From: a virus
Reading direction: 5' to 3' (one strand)
DNA length: 64,000 nt
IMG/VR virus record: IMGVR_UViG_3300036944_000508
Span: 6,896-70,895 of that record
Part shown: positions 54,044 to 63,870 of the stretch, one piece after another
Layout of the letters: each line of letters starts with the position of its first letter
Position numbering within the stretch: the stretch's first letter is position 1
Notes under the pieces: generated by a model
Seen by the model: only the letters and a program-made list of their open reading frames with translations
Databases searched by the model: none
What the model was told of the DNA's origin: nothing
Position numbers and translations under genes: made by a program

Positions 54044-55052
54044 CCTCCATCATTTGTCCGTTGCCCATACGATAACGATTTTCAATCCACTCACCGAACG
54101 TTGGGTCGGTAAGAATTGGCAACCAGAACTCTTTGGTATATGTATCATTGAGACGATACTTCTTTTCTTCGCCGACACGCTGGTACCAACCATTGCTTGG
54201 TTTCACAACGTGACCAGATGCCAATGAAATATCCAACAGACCTGACCACTTACTGATACCACCTTCGAAGGTGACTTCAATCGGGATCTTTGACTTCTCG
54301 CGAACGTAACGGGACTTCTCAACATTAATGATAAAGTTATAACCAACTACCTCGGTGCCAGACTTCTCTTGCTGACGACCGATGATGAAGATATTATCTG
54401 CAGAGTAGTAGATACCAGTTCCACCCGACACGATTGCCTTGGGGAACATACCAATTTCCATGTAAGTGTGATTGACCACAACCATAGGAATATCCTTAAT
54501 GGTAAGGTGTGGGGTGATCATACGGAACAGCGACTTCATCTGCTTAGCACGTGTCATGTCAGCAACCGACTTACCGTCAAGTGCATCGTCGACTTCCTTC
54601 TTAGAAGCAAGGTTACCAACAGAGTCAACAACAATCATGACATTGTCAGCACGTTCGAACTGATTAATTTGCTGCATGACATCATGCTTCAACTGTTCAA
54701 TGTCAGTGATTGGTGTGTGAATAACCATGTCAGTATTAATACCAAAGTTCTCAAAGTATGACTGTGGTGCACCAAACTCCGAGTCATAGAACAAGATAAC
54801 ACCATCAGGATACTTGTTCTGGAAACTCTGGATAAGCATCATAGCAAACGCTGTCTTGAAGTGCTTAGATGGACCAGCAAAGACAGTCAATCCTGGAGTC
54901 AGACCACCATCAAGTTTACCTGACAGGGCAACGTTCAAAGCAGGAACTGATGTTTGAATCAAATCCTTGGTACTGAACAACTTACTCTTAGAGAGAACAT
55001 TAGTCTCCTTAATGGTGCTGTTCTTTTTAATTTTATCTATTAGTGCATTCAT
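53982..55052 (-). CDS. uvsX: RecA-like recombinase
   Basis: AGPSKHFKT, YDSEFG, DSVGNLASKKE, KSR.VREK. Confidence 0.97.
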   Translation of the reverse strand: MNALIDKIKKNSTIKETNVLSKSKLFSTKDLIQTSVPALNVALSGKLDGGLTPGLTVFAGPSKHFKTAFAMMLIQSFQNKYPDGVILFYDSEFGAPQSYFENFGINTDMVIHTPITDIEQLKHDVMQQINQFERADNVMIVVDSVGNLASKKEVDDALDGKSVADMTRAKQMKSLFRMITPHLTIKDIPMVVVNHTYMEIGMFPKAIVSGGTGIYYSADNIFIIGRQQEKSGTEVVGYNFIINVEKSRYVREKSKIPIEVTFEGGISKWSGLLDISLASGHVVKPSNGWYQRVGEEKKYRLNDTYTKEFWLPILTDPTFGEWIENRYRMGNGQMMEGDNVDISDEDISEEYENQDM

Positions 55053-57586
55053 GTAAACATATCCTCTAACGTGGCAACTGGTTCTGTATTCCAACCAATG
55101 CCTTCTACAATTTGTTTTAATGGTTCAAGAAAACTCTTATTGAACATTGTATCATAATCTACATATCTATGTATGTCAAGCTCTTTTGGTATTTTACCAA
55201 TAAAACCAATACAATTTTCGCGAATAGTATTTGGTTCCTTCAAGTATAGGAACTTAATCTTCTCGCCTTCTTGAATTGCTTCATACTTCATACTAAGATT
55301 GTGTTTCTCGAGCAGGTGATTATACATCAAAGCACCACGAACATGCATCGGCGTTCCTTTACCATATATGTCTGCTCTTGATGTATACTTAGCAAGTCCA
55401 TTGACACTTCGCGGGAAAGCAATATCTTCAGGTTCCATTTTATTGAACAACCCACGAGTGTGCTGAATAAACTTCTGAAGAGTTGCTTCATCTGCAGTCA
55501 ACGATAGTCTTACTGCTTCTTTGAGACTCTCGCGAACAGGCGCTGGAGTCGAGGAACGAACAATTTCGAGACCCATGACTTTGAGTTTCGGATCTTTGTA
55601 TCGGACGCCTTCGTTATCGTAGACATTGAGTGCATACCTTTTCTTTGCAACCCAGAGACCACGTTCCGCGATTGCTTCACGTTTGAAGATAATCTTTTTT
55701 TGAAATGCATTCGTGTAGTCCGCAAGTCCATCGCAACTCTTGTTGATTGCCTCTGTGATTTTCTCTTCGCAGATTTTATCGAGAACATCAATGAGTTTAT
55801 CGCGATCCAGATTGCCATAATACTTACGAACAAGAGGGTCCAAGGAAATGTAACAAGAATCAGTATCAGAGTAGAAAGAGTAGTTGTGTCCATTTGTACC
55901 TACGACCTTGTTAAGATAAACGTCAAGTGCCTTACCTACTTCCTGAATAATATACTGACCAGTGGTAGTGATACCCTCGGCAATACGAGCATCATAGTAA
56001 CGGAAATATTCATTCGCCAACGCACCGAACAGTGAGTTCAACTGAATCTTTCTTGCCATCTGGAAGTTGTTATACTTTGAGATGTCATTCTTCAGTTTAG
56101 GATTCTTAGTTTGCTCATATTCTTTCTGAGCGATGATCATCAGTTTCTTGTAACGTTGTCGGTCATCAAAGAACTTCTGAACAATCTCAGGAAACATGCC
56201 CATCTTTTTGCGAGTATAGCAATAACCATTGGCAGTCATGCAAACATCATCTTGTTTGAGATCCTCGAGGTTATAACTATGTCCGAGCAATCCTTTCACC
56301 GTTGTGTCTTTTACTATACCCTGAACGAAAGTCTCTGGCGATTGGTTATACTGCATGATGATTGATGGATACAGCGAGGTAGCATCAAAGGAAACAACCC
56401 AGTCATACCTTCCTGGTTTTGGTTCTTGCACATACGCACCTTCAATAGTCCTACCCCTGTTTTCTTTCTTCTGAGGGATCTGAATATTTTGATCATGTAA
56501 GTGATTGTAAATGATACAATCCCACGTGCGAACCTGTGAGAACACATCCGTATAATTACACTTAGCATCGTATGCCATCGTGAGCACAAGTTCAATCAGT
56601 TTCATTTTGCGCTCAAGTTCATCAACGATCTCAACGTCGATGATGTTATACTCTACGAACCGTGTCCAATCTTTTGTATAGAACTCGCGGAATGTCTCAT
56701 ACGGATGCTCAAGTTTTTTCTTACCAAGTTCTTCCTTGGCGATATGATCCAACTTGTAACTCTCTTGTCGAGTATACGTAAACTTCTTATAGAGATCGAG
56801 ATAGTCAATAACTGCGACGCCAGTAATATCATATGAGATATGTTCGCGACCCATGATTGTCAAATTCTTACGACGAACCAGACCCCATGGCGAGAACTTC
56901 TTGCGCATGGTTGTATCTTCTTCAGTGCAGAACAGACGATCTATCCGAGAGATTAGATACGCAACGTCGAACAGTTCGCAGTTCCAACCTGTAATAATAT
57001 CTGGATGATTGTCAGAATAAAAACGCAGAAAGGTTTCTAGCAAGTCACGTTCGTCATCACATTTTACATAGAGAAACTTGTTGCCAGCATCCCTCAGGGT
57101 CTGAACAATCTCAGAGTTCTTATCATCAAATTCACCACAACCAAAGGTAATAATCTGACGAGTAATCAAATCCTTGGTCGTGATCAACAGAACACTCTCA
57201 ATAGGATTGTTTACATCAGGAAACCCATGCTCTGCAGAGGTCTCAATATCGATAGTCTGAATATTAAGTTGAGACATGTCCCACTGAATTTCTCCAGGAT
57301 ACTTCTTTGTGATGTATTGGTAACCATAGTTGGTCTGCCCAAAGATTTCAAAGTTATCTACTTGACCATAGGTCTGGACAAACTGCTTGGCAGCATTGTT
57401 GTCTTCAAAGTCAATCGGTTGGAGATCTTCTCCATACAGAGACTTGTATTCTGTTTCTTCACCACCCTTGGATTTTACAAACAGGGTGGGACTGAAGTCA
57501 TCTCGTTTGGTGAAGCGCACACCGTTATGTACTCCACGGACAAGAACCTTGGAACCATATTGGTGTGCGCATGTATAAAATTTCAT
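55049..57586 (-). CDS. 43: Family B DNA polymerase (T4 gp43)
   Basis: DIET exonuclease, FDATSLYPSII, KIQLNS.FG, YSDTDS. Confidence 0.98.
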   Translation of the reverse strand: MKFYTCAHQYGSKVLVRGVHNGVRFTKRDDFSPTLFVKSKGGEETEYKSLYGEDLQPIDFEDNNAAKQFVQTYGQVDNFEIFGQTNYGYQYITKKYPGEIQWDMSQLNIQTIDIETSAEHGFPDVNNPIESVLLITTKDLITRQIITFGCGEFDDKNSEIVQTLRDAGNKFLYVKCDDERDLLETFLRFYSDNHPDIITGWNCELFDVAYLISRIDRLFCTEEDTTMRKKFSPWGLVRRKNLTIMGREHISYDITGVAVIDYLDLYKKFTYTRQESYKLDHIAKEELGKKKLEHPYETFREFYTKDWTRFVEYNIIDVEIVDELERKMKLIELVLTMAYDAKCNYTDVFSQVRTWDCIIYNHLHDQNIQIPQKKENRGRTIEGAYVQEPKPGRYDWVVSFDATSLYPSIIMQYNQSPETFVQGIVKDTTVKGLLGHSYNLEDLKQDDVCMTANGYCYTRKKMGMFPEIVQKFFDDRQRYKKLMIIAQKEYEQTKNPKLKNDISKYNNFQMARKIQLNSLFGALANEYFRYYDARIAEGITTTGQYIIQEVGKALDVYLNKVVGTNGHNYSFYSDTDSCYISLDPLVRKYYGNLDRDKLIDVLDKICEEKITEAINKSCDGLADYTNAFQKKIIFKREAIAERGLWVAKKRYALNVYDNEGVRYKDPKLKVMGLEIVRSSTPAPVRESLKEAVRLSLTADEATLQKFIQHTRGLFNKMEPEDIAFPRSVNGLAKYTSRADIYGKGTPMHVRGALMYNHLLEKHNLSMKYEAIQEGEKIKFLYLKEPNTIRENCIGFIGKIPKELDIHRYVDYDTMFNKSFLEPLKQIVEGIGWNTEPVATLEDMFT

Positions 57587-57610
57587 GTAAATCCCTCATT
57601 ATCAAATACT

Positions 57611-57639
57611 ACTATACTATAAAACATAACAAAAGTAAA
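57611..57639 (-). promoter_or_regulatory. promoter for gp43
   Basis: TTTACT-N17-TATAGT. Confidence 0.6.
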
Positions 57640-57644
57640 GGGAT

Positions 57645-58289
57645 TTATCGTAACTTATATCCTATCTTTGCTTCTAGTTCTTCCAGTTTCATGGTTGAAA
57701 CTTGTGACTTGGGAACAAGATTGTCTACGATATAGACTGCAACATTTCCACTCTCGAAGAATGCAACCTTATAAAGAAAGTCTGGGACTGGAACCTTGTT
57801 CTTGCCAATTACTTTTGGTGTAGCAGAGTAATGTGCACCAGTTACAACCCACTTGAAAGGAACAGAACGAACACGTTCTTCTAGATTCTTCCAAGCGACA
57901 CGATTGACAGAAGGCAATTGCGGTGTCATGTTTGTCATGAAGAAAGTATCTGACATCTCGTTTGGATCATCAGCATTTGCTGCAGGAACCATGTGTCCAC
58001 GGTCATAACCAGAGTTGGTATAGTCAGCAGGTGTTGGCGAGTCAGCGATACGCTTATCAGCACGGAAGTCATCAGTGCGTGGAGTTTTCTTCAACCGTTC
58101 TTGTGCAATCTCAGTCGAGAAAACATTTGCATTACGGTTGTCATCATACACAACTGCGAAGAATGAGTTGCAGAGAACCTTAGTGTTTGGTACTACGATT
58201 TCTTTACCGTTCGGGTAGAACTGATCACAGGGGGAAGCGAATGCTGTTCCTGGAATCAGAAATAATGCGAGAGCGATTAATGGTTTCAT
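57645..58289 (-). CDS. Exported DNA/RNA non-specific endonuclease (NucA-like)
   Basis: Signal peptide ending AFA; YDRGH, N..PQ...N...W..LE. Confidence 0.9.
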   Translation of the reverse strand: MKPLIALALFLIPGTAFASPCDQFYPNGKEIVVPNTKVLCNSFFAVVYDDNRNANVFSTEIAQERLKKTPRTDDFRADKRIADSPTPADYTNSGYDRGHMVPAANADDPNEMSDTFFMTNMTPQLPSVNRVAWKNLEERVRSVPFKWVVTGAHYSATPKVIGKNKVPVPDFLYKVAFFESGNVAVYIVDNLVPKSQVSTMKLEELEAKIGYKLR

Positions 58290-58585
58290 ATGATAATCTT
58301 ACTTTCTGGAACAACCAGACCTGATCCGTAGCGAGTATTATACTCGTTTAGCATACCAGTCTCTGGTTCAAAAACTGTGATAACTGCACCAGAACGCATA
58401 GGAACAATGTCATCTTTCGCGTATGGGCAGAATGGTGCTAGACCTATACCGAATTGATTATTCTGATTAGGAATCATCATAATCTGCATAGGTTTCTTTA
58501 GAATGACAAGACCATCAATTGTCTCATCGATATCAGCGATAATTTCATCACCACTGATTAACTTCACACATCTAATATTGCTCAT
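58286..58585 (-). CDS. conserved T4-like small protein (Sm-like)
   Basis: KL.SG.EIIA...L..P...P...GSGLV.P; usual position between hsp20 and gp43. Confidence 0.65.
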   Translation of the reverse strand: MSNIRCVKLISGDEIIADIDETIDGLVILKKPMQIMMIPNQNNQFGIGLAPFCPYAKDDIVPMRSGAVITVFEPETGMLNEYNTRYGSGLVVPESKIII

Positions 58586-58606
58586 GTATTCACCTTCATT
58601 GTTAAT

Positions 58607-58633
58607 GATGGGTGAGAATTGCTCCCACCCACC
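58607..58633 (-). terminator. hairpin after hsp20
   Basis: GGTGGGTGGGA-GCAAT-TCTCACCCATC; weak U tract. Confidence 0.45.
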
Positions 58634-58642
58634 AGATTTAAA

Positions 58643-59131
58643 TTACTTTGTTTTACCTTCTGCTAAGAATTCGGCAGCTTGCGATGGATATTCAGCATCC
58701 TCATCAGTAATGTCGATTTTCTTTGCTTTCTTTTCTTCCGGAATAAATGCCTCGAGAAAGATCTTTAGCATACCATTGACCAGCGAAGAACTCTTTACTT
58801 CAACATTGTCGGCGAGAGTGAATTCACGCTTGAATCCTCGCTCAGCAATTCCCTTGTAAAGATATTCAGTGGAGTCAGACGAGTCGCACTTTCCTTGGAT
58901 AGACAACTTGCCTTCTTGTAATTCAATATCAATTTCCGACTTACCGAAACCAGCAACTGCCAGTTCGATTACGTAGCGACTTTCATCGACTTTCTTGATA
59001 TTGTATGGGGGATATTTAATTGGCATCATTTGCGCCGATTGATCAGCAATATCTGCTAATCTTTTCATGACGCGATCGGCGCCAACGAAATAACGGTCGA
59101 AGTCTGCTAAATTAGTTGTATTAAATTTCAT
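58643..59131 (-). CDS. Small heat-shock protein (Hsp20/IbpA-like)
   Basis: YPPYNI, ELAVAGF, GIAER.F.R.F.LA, NGML.I; start MKFN after AGGAG. Confidence 0.95.
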   Translation of the reverse strand: MKFNTTNLADFDRYFVGADRVMKRLADIADQSAQMMPIKYPPYNIKKVDESRYVIELAVAGFGKSEIDIELQEGKLSIQGKCDSSDSTEYLYKGIAERGFKREFTLADNVEVKSSSLVNGMLKIFLEAFIPEEKKAKKIDITDEDAEYPSQAAEFLAEGKTK

Positions 59132-59219
59132 AATTGTTCTCCTATTAAGCGAGCGTTTAAAATGTGCCATCCGAAGCATGGCACCCTCTATTTATACTAT
59201 ACTTTTAGAAGGAAGTCAA
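59132..59219 (-). promoter_or_regulatory. hsp20 promoter(s) and ROSE-like structured 5' UTR
   Basis: TTGACT-N17-TATAAA overlapping TATAAATA; hairpin GTGCCAT/ATGGCAC; CTCGCTTAATAGGAG. Confidence 0.6.
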
Positions 59220-59963
59220 TTATTTTTTAAGTATTTCCCATGTTCCATCATAATTTTCCACAAGAGCAGTGCAACTTTCACACCAGTCACCATCGTTCAT
59301 GTAAACAATATCATCATATTGTGTAATTTCTGCATGATGAATGTGACCACAGATAACTCCATCGTAACCCTTGCGTTTACAATAGTAAGACATTTCTTTT
59401 TCGAACTCACCAATATAATTGGCAGCAAGTTTTGCCTTACGCTTTAAATACTTTGCCAAACTCCAAGGTTGCATCCCGAGCAGTCTTCTTGATGTATTAA
59501 TAATCTTATTGACATAGAGCAGAGAGTCATATGCAAAGTCTCCCAGATGCATGATGAATCGACCAGTCTTTGTTCGCATCAAGTTATCGAAGAGATCACC
59601 ATGCACCACTAAGTAGCGTTTACCATCTACCCCAACATGAACACAACGATGCTCTACTGCAATTTTACCGATTTTAATGTTGGGAAATGAGCGAAAGATT
59701 TCATCATGATTACCAGTGACATATATTACTTCTGTCTTTTCTGACATCTTGAGTATTTTTCTGACAATCTTATTGTGGATCTTTGGCCAGTACCATTTCT
59801 TTTTTAGACGCCATATATCCACAATATCTCCAACGAGATACAACTTTTCAGTTCTAATCGTAGATAGGAATTCTAGCAATGCTTCAGAGTTACAATGCTT
59901 TGACCCAAGATGTAAGTCTGAAATGAATACCGATTTGTATTTTTTACCAGCATTCATTGTCAT
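59220..59963 (-). CDS. LpxH-like metallophosphoesterase
   Basis: SDLHLG, GDIVD, GNHD, HGD, GHIH, NDGDW.ES. Confidence 0.88.
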   Translation of the reverse strand: MTMNAGKKYKSVFISDLHLGSKHCNSEALLEFLSTIRTEKLYLVGDIVDIWRLKKKWYWPKIHNKIVRKILKMSEKTEVIYVTGNHDEIFRSFPNIKIGKIAVEHRCVHVGVDGKRYLVVHGDLFDNLMRTKTGRFIMHLGDFAYDSLLYVNKIINTSRRLLGMQPWSLAKYLKRKAKLAANYIGEFEKEMSYYCKRKGYDGVICGHIHHAEITQYDDIVYMNDGDWCESCTALVENYDGTWEILKK

Positions 59964-59971
59964 ATACAGAT

Positions 59972-60388
59972 TTACTTTTTGCGTCCAATGTTATATTTCT
60001 GAACGAGTTCCCATTCAGTCTTTTCTTTGAACGCAATTACTTTAATCTGATTTAGTGGTGCTTTATCTTCATGAATCTCAGGATTTAGAATAGTGATCAA
60101 TCCCCAATCCGAAAGAAGATGTGCTACCGTGTTTCTGCGCTGTAAATCATTGTCACTAAAGTCTGCATCTTTACCATCTAAGGCAAAGAGTTCTTTAAAG
60201 TGCACGATGAAATATCTGCCCTGCTTGTGTAGAATGTGACATGATTGGTAAAGAATCTTTTCTTTTCTTGATGCAACACCTATGCGAGAAAGAGTCTCTC
60301 TAACTTTCAAGAAGTCGTCAGGATTCTTTAGGATGACTTCCAAGGGTGCATACCCTGGAAAGTCAATGTCAAAAAAATCTTCGCTCAT
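59972..60388 (-). CDS. regA: Translational repressor RegA
   Basis: FLKVRETL.RIG.A, LYQSCHILHKQG.Y.IVHFKE. Confidence 0.97.
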   Translation of the reverse strand: MSEDFFDIDFPGYAPLEVILKNPDDFLKVRETLSRIGVASRKEKILYQSCHILHKQGRYFIVHFKELFALDGKDADFSDNDLQRRNTVAHLLSDWGLITILNPEIHEDKAPLNQIKVIAFKEKTEWELVQKYNIGRKK

Positions 60389-60840
60389 TTTTTACCACCT
60401 TTAAACAATTTCTCTTTTATGTATTCTTTTTGTTCTTCAGAGAGAATTGTGAGTGCTTGGCGAGCCTTATCATTGCTATAACCATAATACTCTTTCACCA
60501 TCTCCACTTCGGCATCGTCTTCGATTTTGATCCATTTGTCAAAACGTTTTCTAGCGCGAATAGTATTTATAAGATACATGTTTTGCATGCTCTTATCGAG
60601 ATGGGGACGGCAGTTCATTTCATTTGCAGGGTGGACAGTATCAATGCTGAATGTCAACCCACGATTAATTATCCAAGGATTGTACTGTTTCTCAGACCAA
60701 TCATCAACAATTAGATTCTTCTTTTCATAGTTTATATCTTTGATAAAATCGAAGGGAGATATACCTTTCTTCTTTTCTTTGTACTCCTCAGCATCATATT
60801 CAACTTTTGGAGCACCCAAACCATCGAGCACCCCAGTCAT
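60385..60840 (-). CDS. 62: Clamp loader small subunit (gp62)
   Basis: Y.P.IINR, ANEMN, EYYGYS..KA. Confidence 0.92.
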   Translation of the reverse strand: MTGVLDGLGAPKVEYDAEEYKEKKKGISPFDFIKDINYEKKNLIVDDWSEKQYNPWIINRGLTFSIDTVHPANEMNCRPHLDKSMQNMYLINTIRARKRFDKWIKIEDDAEVEMVKEYYGYSNDKARQALTILSEEQKEYIKEKLFKGGKK

Positions 60841-61781
60841 TATTTCCACTCCATCCCTGCCATGATTTCAGCAAGGCAAGCAACAAGATTTATCTCAGGG
60901 TTAGCAGCAAACGCTGCCTTATACTGATAATCTGCAAGCAGTAGAACCAACTGCGAAGGATACTTGACATCATCTAGAATGGTGTCATAGATCTTGCGGA
61001 AGATAAGATTTGGGTCATTGTCGATATTATCGACCACCCAGTTACGCATCTTCTTGAAGTCTTTGCCTTTCAACGAAGCGACAAGTTCTTTCATGTTGAC
61101 TTCTTGAACGTTGACGAGGATACCTTCATCAATAGTTCCAGACACACTGTACCGTTGTAGTTCGTTTAGGACACGGCGATAGTCAGGGAAATGCTTCTTA
61201 AGAACCTCAGCGACAACCTTCTCATCGAATGTTACATTCTCAGTTGCAAGAATGTCAGACAGACGCTTCATGAAACGACCTGCCATCTTAGGACGATCTG
61301 CCTTTGTCAACTTAAATTCGATGACAGCAGTCCGACTGTGAAGTGGAGCAATGATACGATTCTTAAAGTTACAAGTGAAGATAAACCGACAGTTGTTTGC
61401 AAACTCTTCGATGAATGCACGCAAGGCAGGTTGAGTAGAGTTTGGATTCAGATAGTCTGCCTCATCAAGGATAACTACCTTGGTCTTACCACCAAAGGAA
61501 ACTGATGAAGCGAACTCTCGAATCTTGGTGCGGAGAACATCAATACCAGACTCCTCAGAACCGTTGATGATAATATAATCACATCCAAGTTCTTCACAGA
61601 TTGCTCGAGCAATCGTAGTCTTACCAACACCTGCTGATCCACAGAGAAGCATGTTGGGGATTTCACCAGTCGCGACGAACTCGCGAAATGTTTTTAGTTG
61701 ATCATCGGGTAGAATACAATCATCAAGTTTGCGAGGACGATACTTTTCAACCCAAAGGAACTGTTCTTTTGATGCGTTCAT
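60840..61781 (-). CDS. 44: Clamp loader large subunit (gp44)
   Basis: LWVEKYRP, GSAGVGKT, DEADYL, PLHSR. Confidence 0.97.
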   Translation of the reverse strand: MNASKEQFLWVEKYRPRKLDDCILPDDQLKTFREFVATGEIPNMLLCGSAGVGKTTIARAICEELGCDYIIINGSEESGIDVLRTKIREFASSVSFGGKTKVVILDEADYLNPNSTQPALRAFIEEFANNCRFIFTCNFKNRIIAPLHSRTAVIEFKLTKADRPKMAGRFMKRLSDILATENVTFDEKVVAEVLKKHFPDYRRVLNELQRYSVSGTIDEGILVNVQEVNMKELVASLKGKDFKKMRNWVVDNIDNDPNLIFRKIYDTILDDVKYPSQLVLLLADYQYKAAFAANPEINLVACLAEIMAGMEWK

Positions 61782-62484
61782 TTTTCACTTCTTCCATTAT
61801 GTTATACTCAGGAGTCCATCCCAAGTTTCTCAATTTTGAATTGTCAGCGTGTGTAACAATTCGTTCACCAGTTACTTCACGAATAGGGACATCACGATAT
61901 CCAAATTCACGAGCAACATCAACAACAGAGACAGGATTGCCTGTCCCAATATCCACTTTACCCTGAATACGGGTATCTGTCAATAGAATTCTCATCGCTG
62001 AAACAACATCTTCAACATGAGTCCAGTCACGTTTATGATCAGTAAGATACTCAACTTTATCATTGAGCATCATGTCGTAGAACATGTCGGGACGGGAGTC
62101 AGGTCCATAGACAGTGTGAAAGCGCATTCCTACTGAGTATTTTGGAGCAATTTCTTCCATTGCCTTCTTGCTAGTAGCGTATGGATTCTGCCACCACTCA
62201 TAGATTGAAGACGAGGACGCATAAATGCACCGAAGATTGAGACGTTCGCATTCAGAAAAGACTTGCATCGATCCTTTAACATTCACGTCCCAATATTCTT
62301 CAGGGTCTAACCAACTCTTGCGCACACCTGCTAATGCAGCAAGGTGAAGCACTGCTCCATAATATTCTGAGATCTTAAACTCTCGAATATCTCCCTCATA
62401 CGGAATCATATCAAAGGAGTCGGACAGAATGCGCAAAGCATTCCGCCCGATAAATCCATCATGTCCTGTAATCAAAACCTTCAA
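61747..62484 (-). CDS. NAD-dependent sugar epimerase/dehydratase
   Basis: TGHDGFIG, HLAA, ASSSS, YATSK, RF.TVYGP. Confidence 0.9.
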   Translation of the reverse strand: MKVLITGHDGFIGRNALRILSDSFDMIPYEGDIREFKISEYYGAVLHLAALAGVRKSWLDPEEYWDVNVKGSMQVFSECERLNLRCIYASSSSIYEWWQNPYATSKKAMEEIAPKYSVGMRFHTVYGPDSRPDMFYDMMLNDKVEYLTDHKRDWTHVEDVVSAMRILLTDTRIQGKVDIGTGNPVSVVDVAREFGYRDVPIREVTGERIVTHADNSKLRNLGWTPEYNIMEEVKNERIKRTVPLG

Positions 62485-62490
62485 GTGAAG

Positions 62491-62685
62491 TTACTTCACA
62501 CCAACAACAAACTCAAAGTCATTCAATACCAGAAATTTATTAAACTGACGAACGATTTCTTCAGGATTGCTATCAAGTTCAACATCAAATTCGATGTTGA
62601 CACTACGGTTTAGATGTTCATCATCACTGTTATACGGGACTCGTGCACCGAAACTGATTTCCAATTTATTCATGTTACTCTCCAA
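62491..62685 (-). CDS. hypothetical protein
   Basis: Small ORF with GGAG RBS. Confidence 0.55.
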   Translation of the reverse strand: MESNMNKLEISFGARVPYNSDDEHLNRSVNIEFDVELDSNPEEIVRQFNKFLVLNDFEFVVGVK

Positions 62686-63345
62686 TTAAACTACTGACGA
62701 TGGTTCCATCGCCAACCAATACTCAAGGTTCTTGGTTGCATGCTTAAAGTGCATCGCTTTCTTGCGACCAAGAGAAACAGCGTAATCATCTGTGATCACC
62801 TTCAGATTCTCAACCTTTAGACGACAATCAAAGTCACCAACATCAGTTGTGGTCAATTCCTTACGATACGCATTGGCACGTGGATTGCTCGGATCACTGA
62901 CACTCAATGTCACCTTACCATCCTTAGAGACAATGCTCATGGTTGGTGCCGAGAGAACGTTCGCTGCCTTCTGTACCATGCTGATGTCAGCGGCAGTCAG
63001 AGTGAAGTCAAAGAATGGATCAATCTCGAGAGTCTTATCTGGAGCAGCGGTAACTACACTTGGGTCAGCATAACCATACTCAAACTCAGACTTACCTTCA
63101 CGAAGGAACATACCTGTTTCTTCAAAGTCAATCTCAGGATTTTCCCAGAGACTCAGCAATGCAAGGAAGTTGTTCAAGTCATATACCGCAAACTCACGGT
63201 CAAACGTTTCGGCAACTGTTGCGCGAGAGAGGATATTCTTACCCGCACTGACAGTGGATAAAACATTACCCTGACGAACAAGGATGTTAGTATTAATACT
63301 TGCAAAGTTCTTTAGAAGTGCAAGGGTATCGGATGAAATCTTCAT
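62686..63345 (-). CDS. 45: Sliding clamp (gp45)
   Basis: MKIS..T...LKNFASIN, F..YDL..FL, YW.A.E. Confidence 0.96.
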   Translation of the reverse strand: MKISSDTLALLKNFASINTNILVRQGNVLSTVSAGKNILSRATVAETFDREFAVYDLNNFLALLSLWENPEIDFEETGMFLREGKSEFEYGYADPSVVTAAPDKTLEIDPFFDFTLTAADISMVQKAANVLSAPTMSIVSKDGKVTLSVSDPSNPRANAYRKELTTTDVGDFDCRLKVENLKVITDDYAVSLGRKKAMHFKHATKNLEYWLAMEPSSVV

Positions 63346-63351
63346 AATATA

Positions 63352-63861
63352 TTAGTCTTTCTTCTTGTTAATTTTTTTACTGTTTGTTTCAGTAAATTCA
63401 ATTATACCTGGAATAGTGTCAGAAGTCAATAGAGAAGTGGAACCCATGTTGTTTTCAGTCCAGGTAGGCCAGTTAGGAGCAATTGTATAGTCAGGTTTTA
63501 CAGTGATCGTATCTGAAACAGACAAAGATGTCTTTAATTCATACGGTTTAGGCTTGACTTTTGCGGTTGTTTCGGGTATACTAATCTGTTGTTCCTTATC
63601 GTGCGCATGCATCGCAATGATTGCATAGTGAATAACTTTCAACAAATCCTTGCGCCAGTCTTCAGGTGTTCCCTTGTGACCATAGCGTTGGGCATATTTC
63701 AGGATATTTCCTACAGTGAAACCAATACCATGACCACCGTCGATAATAAACTCGGTTGCTTGGTATTGATTCTGCGAGTAATGCTCACCATAGGTGGCAT
63801 CAATATACTGGGTAATCTCCCGAAGGAGATCACCCTCATTATACTTGTATTCAATTGTCAT
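63352..63861 (-). CDS. conserved T4-like protein (DUF3310-like)
   Basis: YI..TY..HY, GF..GNILKYA.RYG.K...DL.K..HY. Confidence 0.75.
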   Translation of the reverse strand: MTIEYKYNEGDLLREITQYIDATYGEHYSQNQYQATEFIIDGGHGIGFTVGNILKYAQRYGHKGTPEDWRKDLLKVIHYAIIAMHAHDKEQQISIPETTAKVKPKPYELKTSLSVSDTITVKPDYTIAPNWPTWTENNMGSTSLLTSDTIPGIIEFTETNSKKINKKKD

Positions 63862-63870
63862 GTGTTCTCC

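Noticed and set aside
28078-57586. Introns or inteins in nrdA, nrdB, thyX, gp41, uvsX or gp43
   Set aside because: All are continuous and of normal length
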